Shown in pieces: positions 18,788 to 27,059 of a stretch of 64,000 nucleotides of DNA. This DNA is from Thiohalomonadaceae bacterium. Lineage in GTDB: Bacteria > Pseudomonadota > Gammaproteobacteria > Thiohalomonadales > Thiohalomonadaceae. The notes under the pieces are model-generated. The model made no database searches. It worked only from the letters and a program-made list of their open reading frames with translations, and had not been told where the DNA came from. The DNA is taken from assembly GCA_041562215.1 (NCBI GenBank), contig JBFEYJ010000001.1, forward strand, positions 747 through 64,746. The letters are read 5' to 3'. Position numbers and translations under genes: made by a program. How positions within the stretch are numbered: position 1 is the first letter of the stretch; each line of letters begins with the position of its first letter.

Positions 18788-18819
18788 GGATCGTCTCCTG
18801 AGCTCGAGTCGGGTGGCCG

Positions 18820-20049
18820 TCAATTGATACGGATCTCGGTCATCATGCCGCCAAAGTCCTCGGTACCATTGCTGAGGAAATTGAGATTCGTGGTGTAGAG
18901 AAAGTAGGTGCCGGGAGCAACCGATGCGGTATCAATGATCACATCCACAGATTCACCACCGCCCAGAGTGACCGAGTTAGTCTCATAGACGGTTTCGATC
19001 CCCTGCACCGGGCCCTCGCCGTCCGGGTCAGGGCCGCGTAAAAGCCGGGCTCCGGTACCGACCACACGCATCTTCAGTCCCATGCTCTGCAAGGTGTAGA
19101 AATTGGTCACATTCAGGTTGGAGATACGCAGCAGAATTTTCTCGCCACTTGTCGCCGTCACCAGAGAGCTGACGGCTTGTGAGACCTTTCCGCCATTCTC
19201 AACCGGTGGAGTGAGTGGTGCGGGATTTACTGTATCCGGATAGCCACGGCCGTTGAGCATGGCGTAGTTGTCTTTCATGTTGGCAAATGGCAGTGGCTGC
19301 ACATTCAGGCTCGCATCGTGGAACTCGGCATCGAACGAACCGATCTGCAGCGGATATTCGACATCGTAAAAGGTGGAACCATCACCGTCGTTGTATACAT
19401 ACTTGAAGCCACTCTGGTGAGTGAATCCATTAAGCTGTGCACCCGCCGGGAGATCGTTCTGAATCGGTTGCACGTAGAGGTTGCCGAGCATGCCCATTTG
19501 CATATGCTCGGTCGCCTCCACATGGCAGTGATACATATAGGTACCGGGTTCAATCAGGTTGTAATAGTAGGTCATGCTCGATCCCATATTGATGGAGACC
19601 GAGGCATCGGGCACCCCATCGAACACCGTCGAGGCATTGGGAAAACCATGGAAATGAACGGTATGCGGATCGAACAGATCCGGCCGCATCATCATCCCGA
19701 CATTGGTCAGGGTCAGGAAAAACTCCTGCCCCTGCTTCAACGTTATGGTCGGTGCCGGAAAGGCGGCGGCAAGGTTACCGGAGGTCATCGCCTGAGCTTC
19801 AGTAATACCGGTCAGGTCGGAAAATCCGAACATGTACTGCAGACGTCCGTCTGCCATGTTGATGAAGCCGTCACCGGCTCCCAGGTGCATGCACTTGAGC
19901 TGGTTCGGGTCATAGGGTCCATCCGGCACGGCATCGCCGTTGTTGTCTCCCGGGCATTGCACATAGACCGCTGCTTGCGCCGGCAAACCGATGCCCGCCA
20001 AAACCAGTGCTGTGGCAGCCGAGAGAGCCCTTAGCCTGAACTTGTTCAT
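18820..20049 (-). CDS. two-domain multicopper oxidase with complete type-1 Cu site in its N-terminal domain
   Basis: GGAGGAG SD and signal peptide ...GLPAQAA. Domain 1 carries HTVHFHG and YMYHCHVEATEHMQMGM, i.e. two HxH pairs plus His/Cys/His/Met type-1 ligands. Domain 2 carries no His ligands. 4-nt overlap with the downstream gene frame. Confidence 0.85.
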   Translation of the reverse strand: MNKFRLRALSAATALVLAGIGLPAQAAVYVQCPGDNNGDAVPDGPYDPNQLKCMHLGAGDGFINMADGRLQYMFGFSDLTGITEAQAMTSGNLAAAFPAPTITLKQGQEFFLTLTNVGMMMRPDLFDPHTVHFHGFPNASTVFDGVPDASVSINMGSSMTYYYNLIEPGTYMYHCHVEATEHMQMGMLGNLYVQPIQNDLPAGAQLNGFTHQSGFKYVYNDGDGSTFYDVEYPLQIGSFDAEFHDASLNVQPLPFANMKDNYAMLNGRGYPDTVNPAPLTPPVENGGKVSQAVSSLVTATSGEKILLRISNLNVTNFYTLQSMGLKMRVVGTGARLLRGPDPDGEGPVQGIETVYETNSVTLGGGESVDVIIDTASVAPGTYFLYTTNLNFLSNGTEDFGGMMTEIRIN

Positions 20050-20111
20050 GAGCGAACTCCTCCTCTTCAGACCCTGGCCGCCTGATGCGGCCAGGGCTTG
20101 GTTTTAATGGG

Positions 20112-23100
20112 TTACGGTTGCGCCACTTCGTCAGCGCCAATGTCCGTGCCCGCTCCGGCGGGGCGCGTTTGCGCATCATAATCAACAGCCAAGTCAGTGA
20201 AATCCGCCGGCACAGCCCCATCACCTGCATCGATCGCAGGCGAGCCTGCCGAGAGGTGGTAATCACCAGTGAGGCTCAGCGGTCCGAAGCTGACATCGAT
20301 GAAGTTGCCACCCTCGTCAAAGGCAGGAGCCGCAGCCAGTGAAGTGGTCAATTCAGGTATCAGAATGGTCTGGCCGCGATCACCATTGAAGTAGCTAGCG
20401 ACGAATGCCGGGTCGACCGGGATATTGCTGGGGTCGTAGCCGGTAACATCGGTCAGGATGCTGTTCAGCGGGTTCAGGCTGCCGGTAACACCGAGTACTG
20501 CCAGGTCATCATAAACAGCCGGGTCTCCCGCTCCTACATTGGGCACAAAACCGAAGATGGACTGTGCGGGATTGGCCTGATCCGGCTGAATCGCCCAGTA
20601 GAAGGAGCGGTTCTGCCAAATGATGTTATTCACCAGGGTCGGATTGGAGAACGCCCGATACTGATCCAGCGCCGTGGACGGATAGATGAGGCTACTCAGT
20701 GCGAGACTGTTGGCCCTGGAGACAATGCCTGCTGGTTGCGCAGTACTCTGGTTGGGGCTGCCGGGCAAGAAGGCCTCACCCGCGGTCGCCGTGCTGTCAT
20801 TGTGAGCGATGGTGTTGTTGATGATCTTCACCATCAGCGAGTCCTGCAGCGAGATACCGCCACCGGCAAGTCCGGCCACGTTATTGGTCATGATGTTGTT
20901 CATCACATTAACGCGATACCAGCGGTTGATACCGGCCGGGTGACGCGCTATATCCTCGCCATTAACCCGCTCGGTGCGGATGCCACCACCGTCGCCGGCA
21001 CCGGCCTGGTTGCCCTGGATCAGGTTCCCGTCGATGGTAACGTGGCCGGAACCGGGGCTCACCGCGCCTGCCAGACCGACCTGTCCGCCGATATAGATCC
21101 CGCCACCGGAGACCGACACACCCTGATTGAAGGACTGATTGAACAGGATCTTGTTGTCGGCGATGCGGCCAAGCCAGCTCAGACCGAGATGACCGATACC
21201 ACCACCATGACCCTGGCTGAAGTTGCCGCAGATGAAGTTGGAGGTCACGCTGTAGCCGCTGGCGCCGGTATAGAGTGCGATTCCGCCACCGGCGCCGGCG
21301 AGACTTCCGTTCTGCACCACCTGGTTATTGTGGATATTGATGCGTTTATTACCTGCGTCGGTGTAGATCTCGCCAAGGGTCGGATCCTGACTGACCAGAT
21401 CGGCATGGCCGATGCGAATACCGCCGCCGAACAGTCCCTGGTTGGCGACCAGGCGGTTATTGCTGATCTCCAGGTAACTTGCATAGCCGTTGACGAAGAT
21501 CGCTCCACCATGGTCTCCACCGGTAATGGTCACGCCATCAATGCGGGCATGATGCTCGCCGCCACGGAATTGCAGACGCTTACGCACGGTGGTACTACCC
21601 AGCACCGTAATGCCCGCTCCCTCACCATCGAACAGCAGCACAGGCTCGTTATCGGTGGGAACAAACCCGGCTCCCTGGCCGGGCAACAGTTCGAAGGCCC
21701 CGGCGGTGAGAAGCGAGGCCACCTTGTTACGCCACTGCTGCAGTTTCTCGGCAGGTGCCTTGCGAGCATTGAGCACCGTGGCATAAGGACCCCAGCCCTG
21801 CAGGCGCACCGGCTTGTACATCAGCACCATTTCGTTGTAGGTACCGGGTGCGAGCATGATGATGTCCTGTGGGCGGGCGATGTCGATGGCATCCTGGATC
21901 GGCGTTGCCGCGGGATCGGCACTGGGCAGGACCGGGATAACCGACATACGATTCGGCAACGGGCCGACCGTGACGGTCACACCGCCGGGTGCACTCTCAC
22001 CACCCGCCGTGGTGACCATCAACTGGCCGGTAGTGGCCCCGGCCGGAACGGTACCGGTGATAATACCGTCGCTCCAGCTCACACCACTCAGCGGCACACC
22101 ACCCACGGTCACCTCACCGGCAGCATTGCCGAAACCATAATGACGCGAGATCATCCGTGTGGTCGCCGCCGTGCCGTCATAGGCAGGATTAGGCACATCC
22201 ATATCACCCACCGCGACAATGGTCAGTGTCTGACCCGGCTCCACGTAAGGACCACTACCAGCCGGTCCGGATACGGTGTAAATGAGTGGTGTACCGGCAG
22301 GCTGCTCACAGTCCAGCGGGCTGCCCGGACCGGCAAAAGCGGCAATCGGCAGCACCGGCGTATCCAGGTAGGTAGTACCACCGGGCATGTATTGGAAGGT
22401 GTAGCAGAACTGGCTGTAACGCCGATCGTAATGCGGATCGACAATTATCTCAGGTACAGTGGGGTTGCTCACCGGATCGTAGGCCGGATTGGGGATCGGT
22501 CCCGCGTCGTTCATGCACGCGGAGATCATGTTGGGCGAGACGCCGGAGGCCATTGGCAGGTTCACAGAATAGCTCGATGGCAGCATGGCATTGAACTTTC
22601 CCCACTCATCGGAGTAGGTGCGCACGATTTCACGACCGGTCCAGTCACGGAACGATACCGGCAACCACGGCGGCGCAAACTTCTCACCGAAGGTCGGTGC
22701 ATTGGGATCGAACTCGTTGGCCAGATCGTTGAGGATCCCACCGACTACCATGGCTGCCTTGGGCGTTTCGGTAAAGAGGAAGAAATCGGCCGCCGAGTTC
22801 TGGCCCTGGGTCAGGTGCACCTTTTTTCGGTCGCACAACGGACGGTCTGTACCGGCATAAGGTGCAGCGATCAGATCGGCCGGTGCGATCCCCGGATAGG
22901 GGGTACCTGAAGCGTCGGTCTGCATCGTCAGGTACGGCGGCACAGTGTGCAGCGTGCCGACACAAACGTTAGGCAACAGCAACGGTGAGGGGGTGTAGGC
23001 GTCACCGAAATCGACGTTTTTATCCTCCTCCTTCAGCAGCTCGTAGCCTGGCGGTACCTTCACTTCAACAACATAGTCTCCCGGAACCAGCGGAGGATTG

Positions 23101-25334
23101 GCCGGGTCAGCCGGGTCGCCGGGACCGAAGGCATAGCCGCCGTCGAACACACCGGGACGGACCTGGTTAAAGTTGCGCAAGCCGTCGTAGCAATCGGTGG
23201 GAACACCGTCGACGCTGAAAACAGCACCCTGGCAACCGGTGGGCACGCTGTCGTCCCAACTGTCGGTATGGGTTACACGCAGTGCATCGCCGTTGTCGAA
23301 TACGCCATTGGCGTTGTGATCGGTGTCCTCGATACCGGGGAAATTGCCGAGCGGGTAGTTGTCCACGTCAGGTGCGGTAATAATGCCGTCACCGTCCTGA
23401 TCGAGGATATTACCGTCGATATCGGCCTGATAGAGGTTGACCTGTATCCGCGGGATACCGGGCTCCCACTCCTCACCAACCGCATAACGCGGGTCGTTCT
23501 CAGCGCGGGTAATGGCATAGAAAACGATACCGGAGATCCCGCCGTTCTCAGCGGCATCATAGGGTGCCTTGCCCCACTCGAAGCGGTTTGTCTGGCCAAG
23601 GAAACCCTGGAATGCCTGGGTCAATACCGGACCGGTCTCGGTACGAGAGAGATTGTCAGCGGTATTGGGGTTAATCAGTGGCTGTCCCAATTCGGCGGTC
23701 GTGCAGAATCCCGCCTCCACATCACCCTGGGTACAATTTTGCGGCTGTGGGGTGAGCACCTCACCGGCGGCAACCGGTCCACCATTGTCCACCGACACCG
23801 TCAGGCCGGTCGCCTTCAGGCGGGCGAAATCCACCTCAGCAACCAGCCAGTGGAAGAAGGGGAAGACCTCATCGAAGGGGGCTTCTCCATTGTTGTCCAC
23901 CGGCATCGCCTGATAGATACGACCATCACGGAAGCGCAGGTTAACAGCTGCCTGATCGGCGCCCAAGGGGGCGTCATCCAGCGTTGGGTCATTGCATTCG
24001 GCCGTCACGCAGTCGCGGAAACCGTTTTTGTTGCGATCGAAAAAGACAGTGTGCTCGCTGCGATGGAACCAGTTGAATACCGGCACATCACCCAACGCGA
24101 TGCTTCCCCCACCAACGGGGACCGTCACCGGCAGTGTCGAGATAATGACATCCAGGGGTTTGTCCCAGACAACCAGCTCATAATCGCCGGGGGGAACGTT
24201 ATTGATCTGGAAGCTACTGTCGGCATTACACGGCTGGGCATAGACCCCTTGTCCGGTACCGACAGGCGCATCGTTCAGGCCGACCCAACAGCCGGGGATC
24301 GGATGGCCGCTGTAAAAAGTAAAATCGGGCGGTCGTGAATTATGCAGATTAGTGACGGTGCCACTGATGCTGGAGCTGCCCGGCGGCTGCGCCGTGTCGC
24401 AATAGCCGACCGGATTGGTTGCGGCAGCATTGTAGCAGTCGAAAGTTTTAATGAAGCCGATGAAGACATGATGTCCCGGCGGTCCGAACTCGGTGAAAAA
24501 GCGTGGCTCGTTGGCCTTCACCCAAGCGTCAATCGTCTTACTGCCCTCGATGGTATGAGTCTGATGCCAGTCCTGCCCTGCCGGCGGGACCAGCTGAACA
24601 CCGTACTTGCCAGGCGACAGATTCTTGACCAGCGCAACACCGTCTACGTCGGTGAGGATTACCCCATCCCCCAATACATTGACCGTGCCGTCTGCGTTAT
24701 AGCTGGTTCCGAGCGGATTGCCGAAGGCATCCTGAAGAATTTGGCCACCGGCAGCACCATACTGTCCTGCGGCATCGAACAGCAACACGCTGAAACCCGG
24801 CAAACCGACCTCCTGCGGCAGGTCGGGAGCGTTATTGATCGGGGACTTATCCTCGAAGGCAAAGATCGATATTTGCGCTGTCGGTAACGGATGCGGCGCA
24901 ACCACAAGAGTCACATCCGCCGTCGCCGTAACCTGATCGAAACTCACCTCCCCACCAACATTGCTATAACCGGCAAAGGGCAGTACCGAAACGAAATAGC
25001 GTTTGTCCGTATCGACCCCCGTGATGGTCGCCGTGGTGCCCGCCGTCTCACCCTGCTGCAGCACCGGCGAGTGGCTGGTATGGAATTTCAGCGAGGGGGT
25101 ATCCAGAGTATGCACACCCGGAATAACCGCCGTGGTGTGATCTTCTTCCAGTAACCAGCGAAAACCGGAAACCGGGTTGGCGCTGCCATCCTGCACCTGT
25201 AGATTGATACTACCAGGCACCGCGTGTGCCGGTGACATGATCAGCAGGCAACAAACCAGAGTTGCTACCCATAAGGCGTGAATGGCCGACCACTCATCCG
25301 TGCTCCAAGACACCTGTCGACTGTTCATGTTCAT
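20112..25334 (-). CDS. giant secreted protein: beta-sandwich repeats + IPT/TIG-like module + long parallel beta-helix (PbH1) region
   Basis: GGGAGAG SD plus ATG 25334 (ORF-track start 25385) and signal peptide ...LLIMSPAHAVPG. An IPT/TIG-like block is present (GEVTVGGVPLSGVSWSDGIITGTVPAGATTGQLMVTTAGG). Many beta-helix turns follow: ISNNRLVANQGLFGGGIRIGH, IHNNQVVQNGSLAGAGGGIALY, VTSNFICGNFSQGHGGGIGH, IDGNLIQGNQAGAGDGGGIR, MNNIMTNNVAGLAGGGISL, IINNTIAHNDS. No CxxCH or HxH metal motifs were seen. Confidence 0.85.
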   Translation of the reverse strand: MNMNSRQVSWSTDEWSAIHALWVATLVCCLLIMSPAHAVPGSINLQVQDGSANPVSGFRWLLEEDHTTAVIPGVHTLDTPSLKFHTSHSPVLQQGETAGTTATITGVDTDKRYFVSVLPFAGYSNVGGEVSFDQVTATADVTLVVAPHPLPTAQISIFAFEDKSPINNAPDLPQEVGLPGFSVLLFDAAGQYGAAGGQILQDAFGNPLGTSYNADGTVNVLGDGVILTDVDGVALVKNLSPGKYGVQLVPPAGQDWHQTHTIEGSKTIDAWVKANEPRFFTEFGPPGHHVFIGFIKTFDCYNAAATNPVGYCDTAQPPGSSSISGTVTNLHNSRPPDFTFYSGHPIPGCWVGLNDAPVGTGQGVYAQPCNADSSFQINNVPPGDYELVVWDKPLDVIISTLPVTVPVGGGSIALGDVPVFNWFHRSEHTVFFDRNKNGFRDCVTAECNDPTLDDAPLGADQAAVNLRFRDGRIYQAMPVDNNGEAPFDEVFPFFHWLVAEVDFARLKATGLTVSVDNGGPVAAGEVLTPQPQNCTQGDVEAGFCTTAELGQPLINPNTADNLSRTETGPVLTQAFQGFLGQTNRFEWGKAPYDAAENGGISGIVFYAITRAENDPRYAVGEEWEPGIPRIQVNLYQADIDGNILDQDGDGIITAPDVDNYPLGNFPGIEDTDHNANGVFDNGDALRVTHTDSWDDSVPTGCQGAVFSVDGVPTDCYDGLRNFNQVRPGVFDGGYAFGPGDPADPANPPLVPGDYVVEVKVPPGYELLKEEDKNVDFGDAYTPSPLLLPNVCVGTLHTVPPYLTMQTDASGTPYPGIAPADLIAAPYAGTDRPLCDRKKVHLTQGQNSAADFFLFTETPKAAMVVGGILNDLANEFDPNAPTFGEKFAPPWLPVSFRDWTGREIVRTYSDEWGKFNAMLPSSYSVNLPMASGVSPNMISACMNDAGPIPNPAYDPVSNPTVPEIIVDPHYDRRYSQFCYTFQYMPGGTTYLDTPVLPIAAFAGPGSPLDCEQPAGTPLIYTVSGPAGSGPYVEPGQTLTIVAVGDMDVPNPAYDGTAATTRMISRHYGFGNAAGEVTVGGVPLSGVSWSDGIITGTVPAGATTGQLMVTTAGGESAPGGVTVTVGPLPNRMSVIPVLPSADPAATPIQDAIDIARPQDIIMLAPGTYNEMVLMYKPVRLQGWGPYATVLNARKAPAEKLQQWRNKVASLLTAGAFELLPGQGAGFVPTDNEPVLLFDGEGAGITVLGSTTVRKRLQFRGGEHHARIDGVTITGGDHGGAIFVNGYASYLEISNNRLVANQGLFGGGIRIGHADLVSQDPTLGEIYTDAGNKRINIHNNQVVQNGSLAGAGGGIALYTGASGYSVTSNFICGNFSQGHGGGIGHLGLSWLGRIADNKILFNQSFNQGVSVSGGGIYIGGQVGLAGAVSPGSGHVTIDGNLIQGNQAGAGDGGGIRTERVNGEDIARHPAGINRWYRVNVMNNIMTNNVAGLAGGGISLQDSLMVKIINNTIAHNDSTATAGEAFLPGSPNQSTAQPAGIVSRANSLALSSLIYPSTALDQYRAFSNPTLVNNIIWQNRSFYWAIQPDQANPAQSIFGFVPNVGAGDPAVYDDLAVLGVTGSLNPLNSILTDVTGYDPSNIPVDPAFVASYFNGDRGQTILIPELTTSLAAAPAFDEGGNFIDVSFGPLSLTGDYHLSAGSPAIDAGDGAVPADFTDLAVDYDAQTRPAGAGTDIGADEVAQP

Positions 25335-25642
25335 TTCGGCTCTCCCACTCACTGATTCAGTAGCACTGAACAGACGACGACCCATCGCCTGCCTTTACAC
25401 CGTGTCGCCGGAATACCGTTAACCTCAACAATACCGGTCGTCACGCATAACAACAGCCATCGAAAAACAGCCTAGTGATTAGCTAAAGTTTTACCGGTCG
25501 GTGCAGCCCCTATTTCCATGGGGGGACGACCCTATGAGCAAGGTAGTTGTGCACCTGACTGACAAGGACGAAAAGCAGCCTGCGGCAAATGCGGGATTCA
25601 TTGAAACTTCAGGAGATGACATTAGGAAGATAACGGAGAGTA

Positions 25643-26020
25643 TTACGAGGATTTCGCGGCAAGGTGATGTTGTACCAGTGAAAGGATATCGCCGGGAGAA
25701 GTCGTTTCCTTGCACAGAAAATCACTGGCGCCATTGGCAAATGCCGCCTCGCGATATTCAGGCAGATCATAACTGGTCAGAATAATGACATTGGTCGTCG
25801 CATCGGCATCCTTGAAAATGCGGGTCAGTGCGAGGCCGTTTTCACCTGGAATATTGATGTCCATCAACACCAGATCAGGACGCAATGACGCCGTCACAGC
25901 AATAGCTTCCTCGCCAGTACCGACATCAAGGATTTCTATTGCGGGAAAATGCTCTTGCAACAATAAGCGCAGGGTTGTGCGAAAACCAAGATTGTCTTCC
26001 ACAAGCAGTGTGCGAAACAT
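25643..26020 (-). CDS. single-domain CheY-like response regulator
   Basis: GGAGG SD plus ATG 26020 (MFRTLLVEDN...). Receiver motifs are DLVLMDINIPGENG, IILTS and LCKE. There is no output domain. Confidence 0.85.
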   Translation of the reverse strand: MFRTLLVEDNLGFRTTLRLLLQEHFPAIEILDVGTGEEAIAVTASLRPDLVLMDINIPGENGLALTRIFKDADATTNVIILTSYDLPEYREAAFANGASDFLCKETTSPGDILSLVQHHLAAKSS

Positions 26021-26399
26021 TTTCACGGCCTCCACTGCAGGGTCCACCTGCACCATATCCAGTTCACCAGGAATCTGTATCGCAACACACTCTCATGGCG
26101 GAGTAATTCCTACGAAAAGCAGATTAGTGAATAGCCGTGCTGATGTATCCCCGGTTGACACCCCAGTCCTGCCAGTGCATTACCCTATATTTTTTTCGGT
26201 TTTTCTCCGCACAGGAATTATGACAATGTTCATCTATACTGCTGAAACAATAGAGGAGCCCTCCGCGGCCGGGTAGTAGCTGCCCGTGCGTTCAGTGAAA
26301 CTGCGGATCGCATCAGGCAAAAACAAGCTCTGTCACTTGCAACAATTGAGTGACAACTACCATAATTTCTGAACAGCACTCACTTGTAGGGGAAAAAGC

Positions 26400-27059
26400 A
26401 TGGCAAAGCAGGTGTACCGGGTTCTGCTCGCAGACGATCACACCATCCTGCGCGAAGGCTTACGCGCCCTCCTGGATGCATCACCGGATATCATGATTGT
26501 CGGCGAGGCCGCAGACGGTCATGAGGCAGTGCAAATGGCCAACCAAACCACACCGGATGTCATCCTTATCGACCTGTCGATGCCGAGAATGAACGGTACC
26601 GAAGCAATCGAATTAATACGCAGGAGAAATTCAAAACTAAAAATCATCGCACTAACCGTTCATCGCACCGAGGAATACGTCCGTGCAACACTCGATGCCG
26701 GTGCTAACGGCTACGTACTCAAAGACGACACACGCAACGAACTGATTTCATCGATTAATGCAGTGATGCAGGGCAAGACCTACCTTAGCCCATCGATCTG
26801 TGCCCAACTGGTCAACGGCTATCTGGAACCCCATGGCCCCAACAGCACCTGCTCATCATGGGATACACTCACCCTTCGCGAACGTGAGGTCATCAAGCTT
26901 ATCGCAGAGGGAAATACCAACAAAGTGATCGCTCGCCTACTTTCCATCAGCGTAAAAACTGTAGAGAAACACCGTGGCAACCTGATGAAGAAACTTGGCC
27001 TACACAGCGCCTCAAAGATCACTGCCTACGCCATTGAGCACAGACTGATCGAACTGTGA
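26400..27059 (+). CDS. NarL/FixJ (LuxR-type) response regulator
   Basis: Receiver (VLLADDHTILREGL...DVILIDLSMPRMNG) plus a LuxR HTH (LTLREREVIKLIAEGNTNKVIARLLSISVKTVEKHRGNLMKKLG). Confidence 0.9.
   Translation: MAKQVYRVLLADDHTILREGLRALLDASPDIMIVGEAADGHEAVQMANQTTPDVILIDLSMPRMNGTEAIELIRRRNSKLKIIALTVHRTEEYVRATLDAGANGYVLKDDTRNELISSINAVMQGKTYLSPSICAQLVNGYLEPHGPNSTCSSWDTLTLREREVIKLIAEGNTNKVIARLLSISVKTVEKHRGNLMKKLGLHSASKITAYAIEHRLIEL

Noticed and set aside
20736-22910. 724-aa plus-strand ORF (plus shorter ones at 22985-24887) antisense to the giant beta-helix gene
   Set aside because: The translation is Arg/Gly/His/Thr-rich low-complexity with no motifs. It lies entirely inside a well-supported minus-strand CDS. 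Long antisense ORFs are expected in GC-rich, codon-biased genes.
20112-25334. Idea that the beta-helix giant is a NosD homolog and the region a nitrous-oxide reductase (nos) cluster
   Set aside because: Only the generic PbH1 fold is shared. There is no nosZ, nosF, nosY or nosL, and the 4Fe-4S membrane protein lacks the NosR flavin domain. The copper enzymes present are MCO-type, not NosZ.
25501-25785. 94-aa plus-strand ORF in the promoter region of the giant-protein operon
   Set aside because: Its last ~140 nt overlap the 3' end of the CheY-like gene on the other strand. There is no convincing SD and no recognisable domain.
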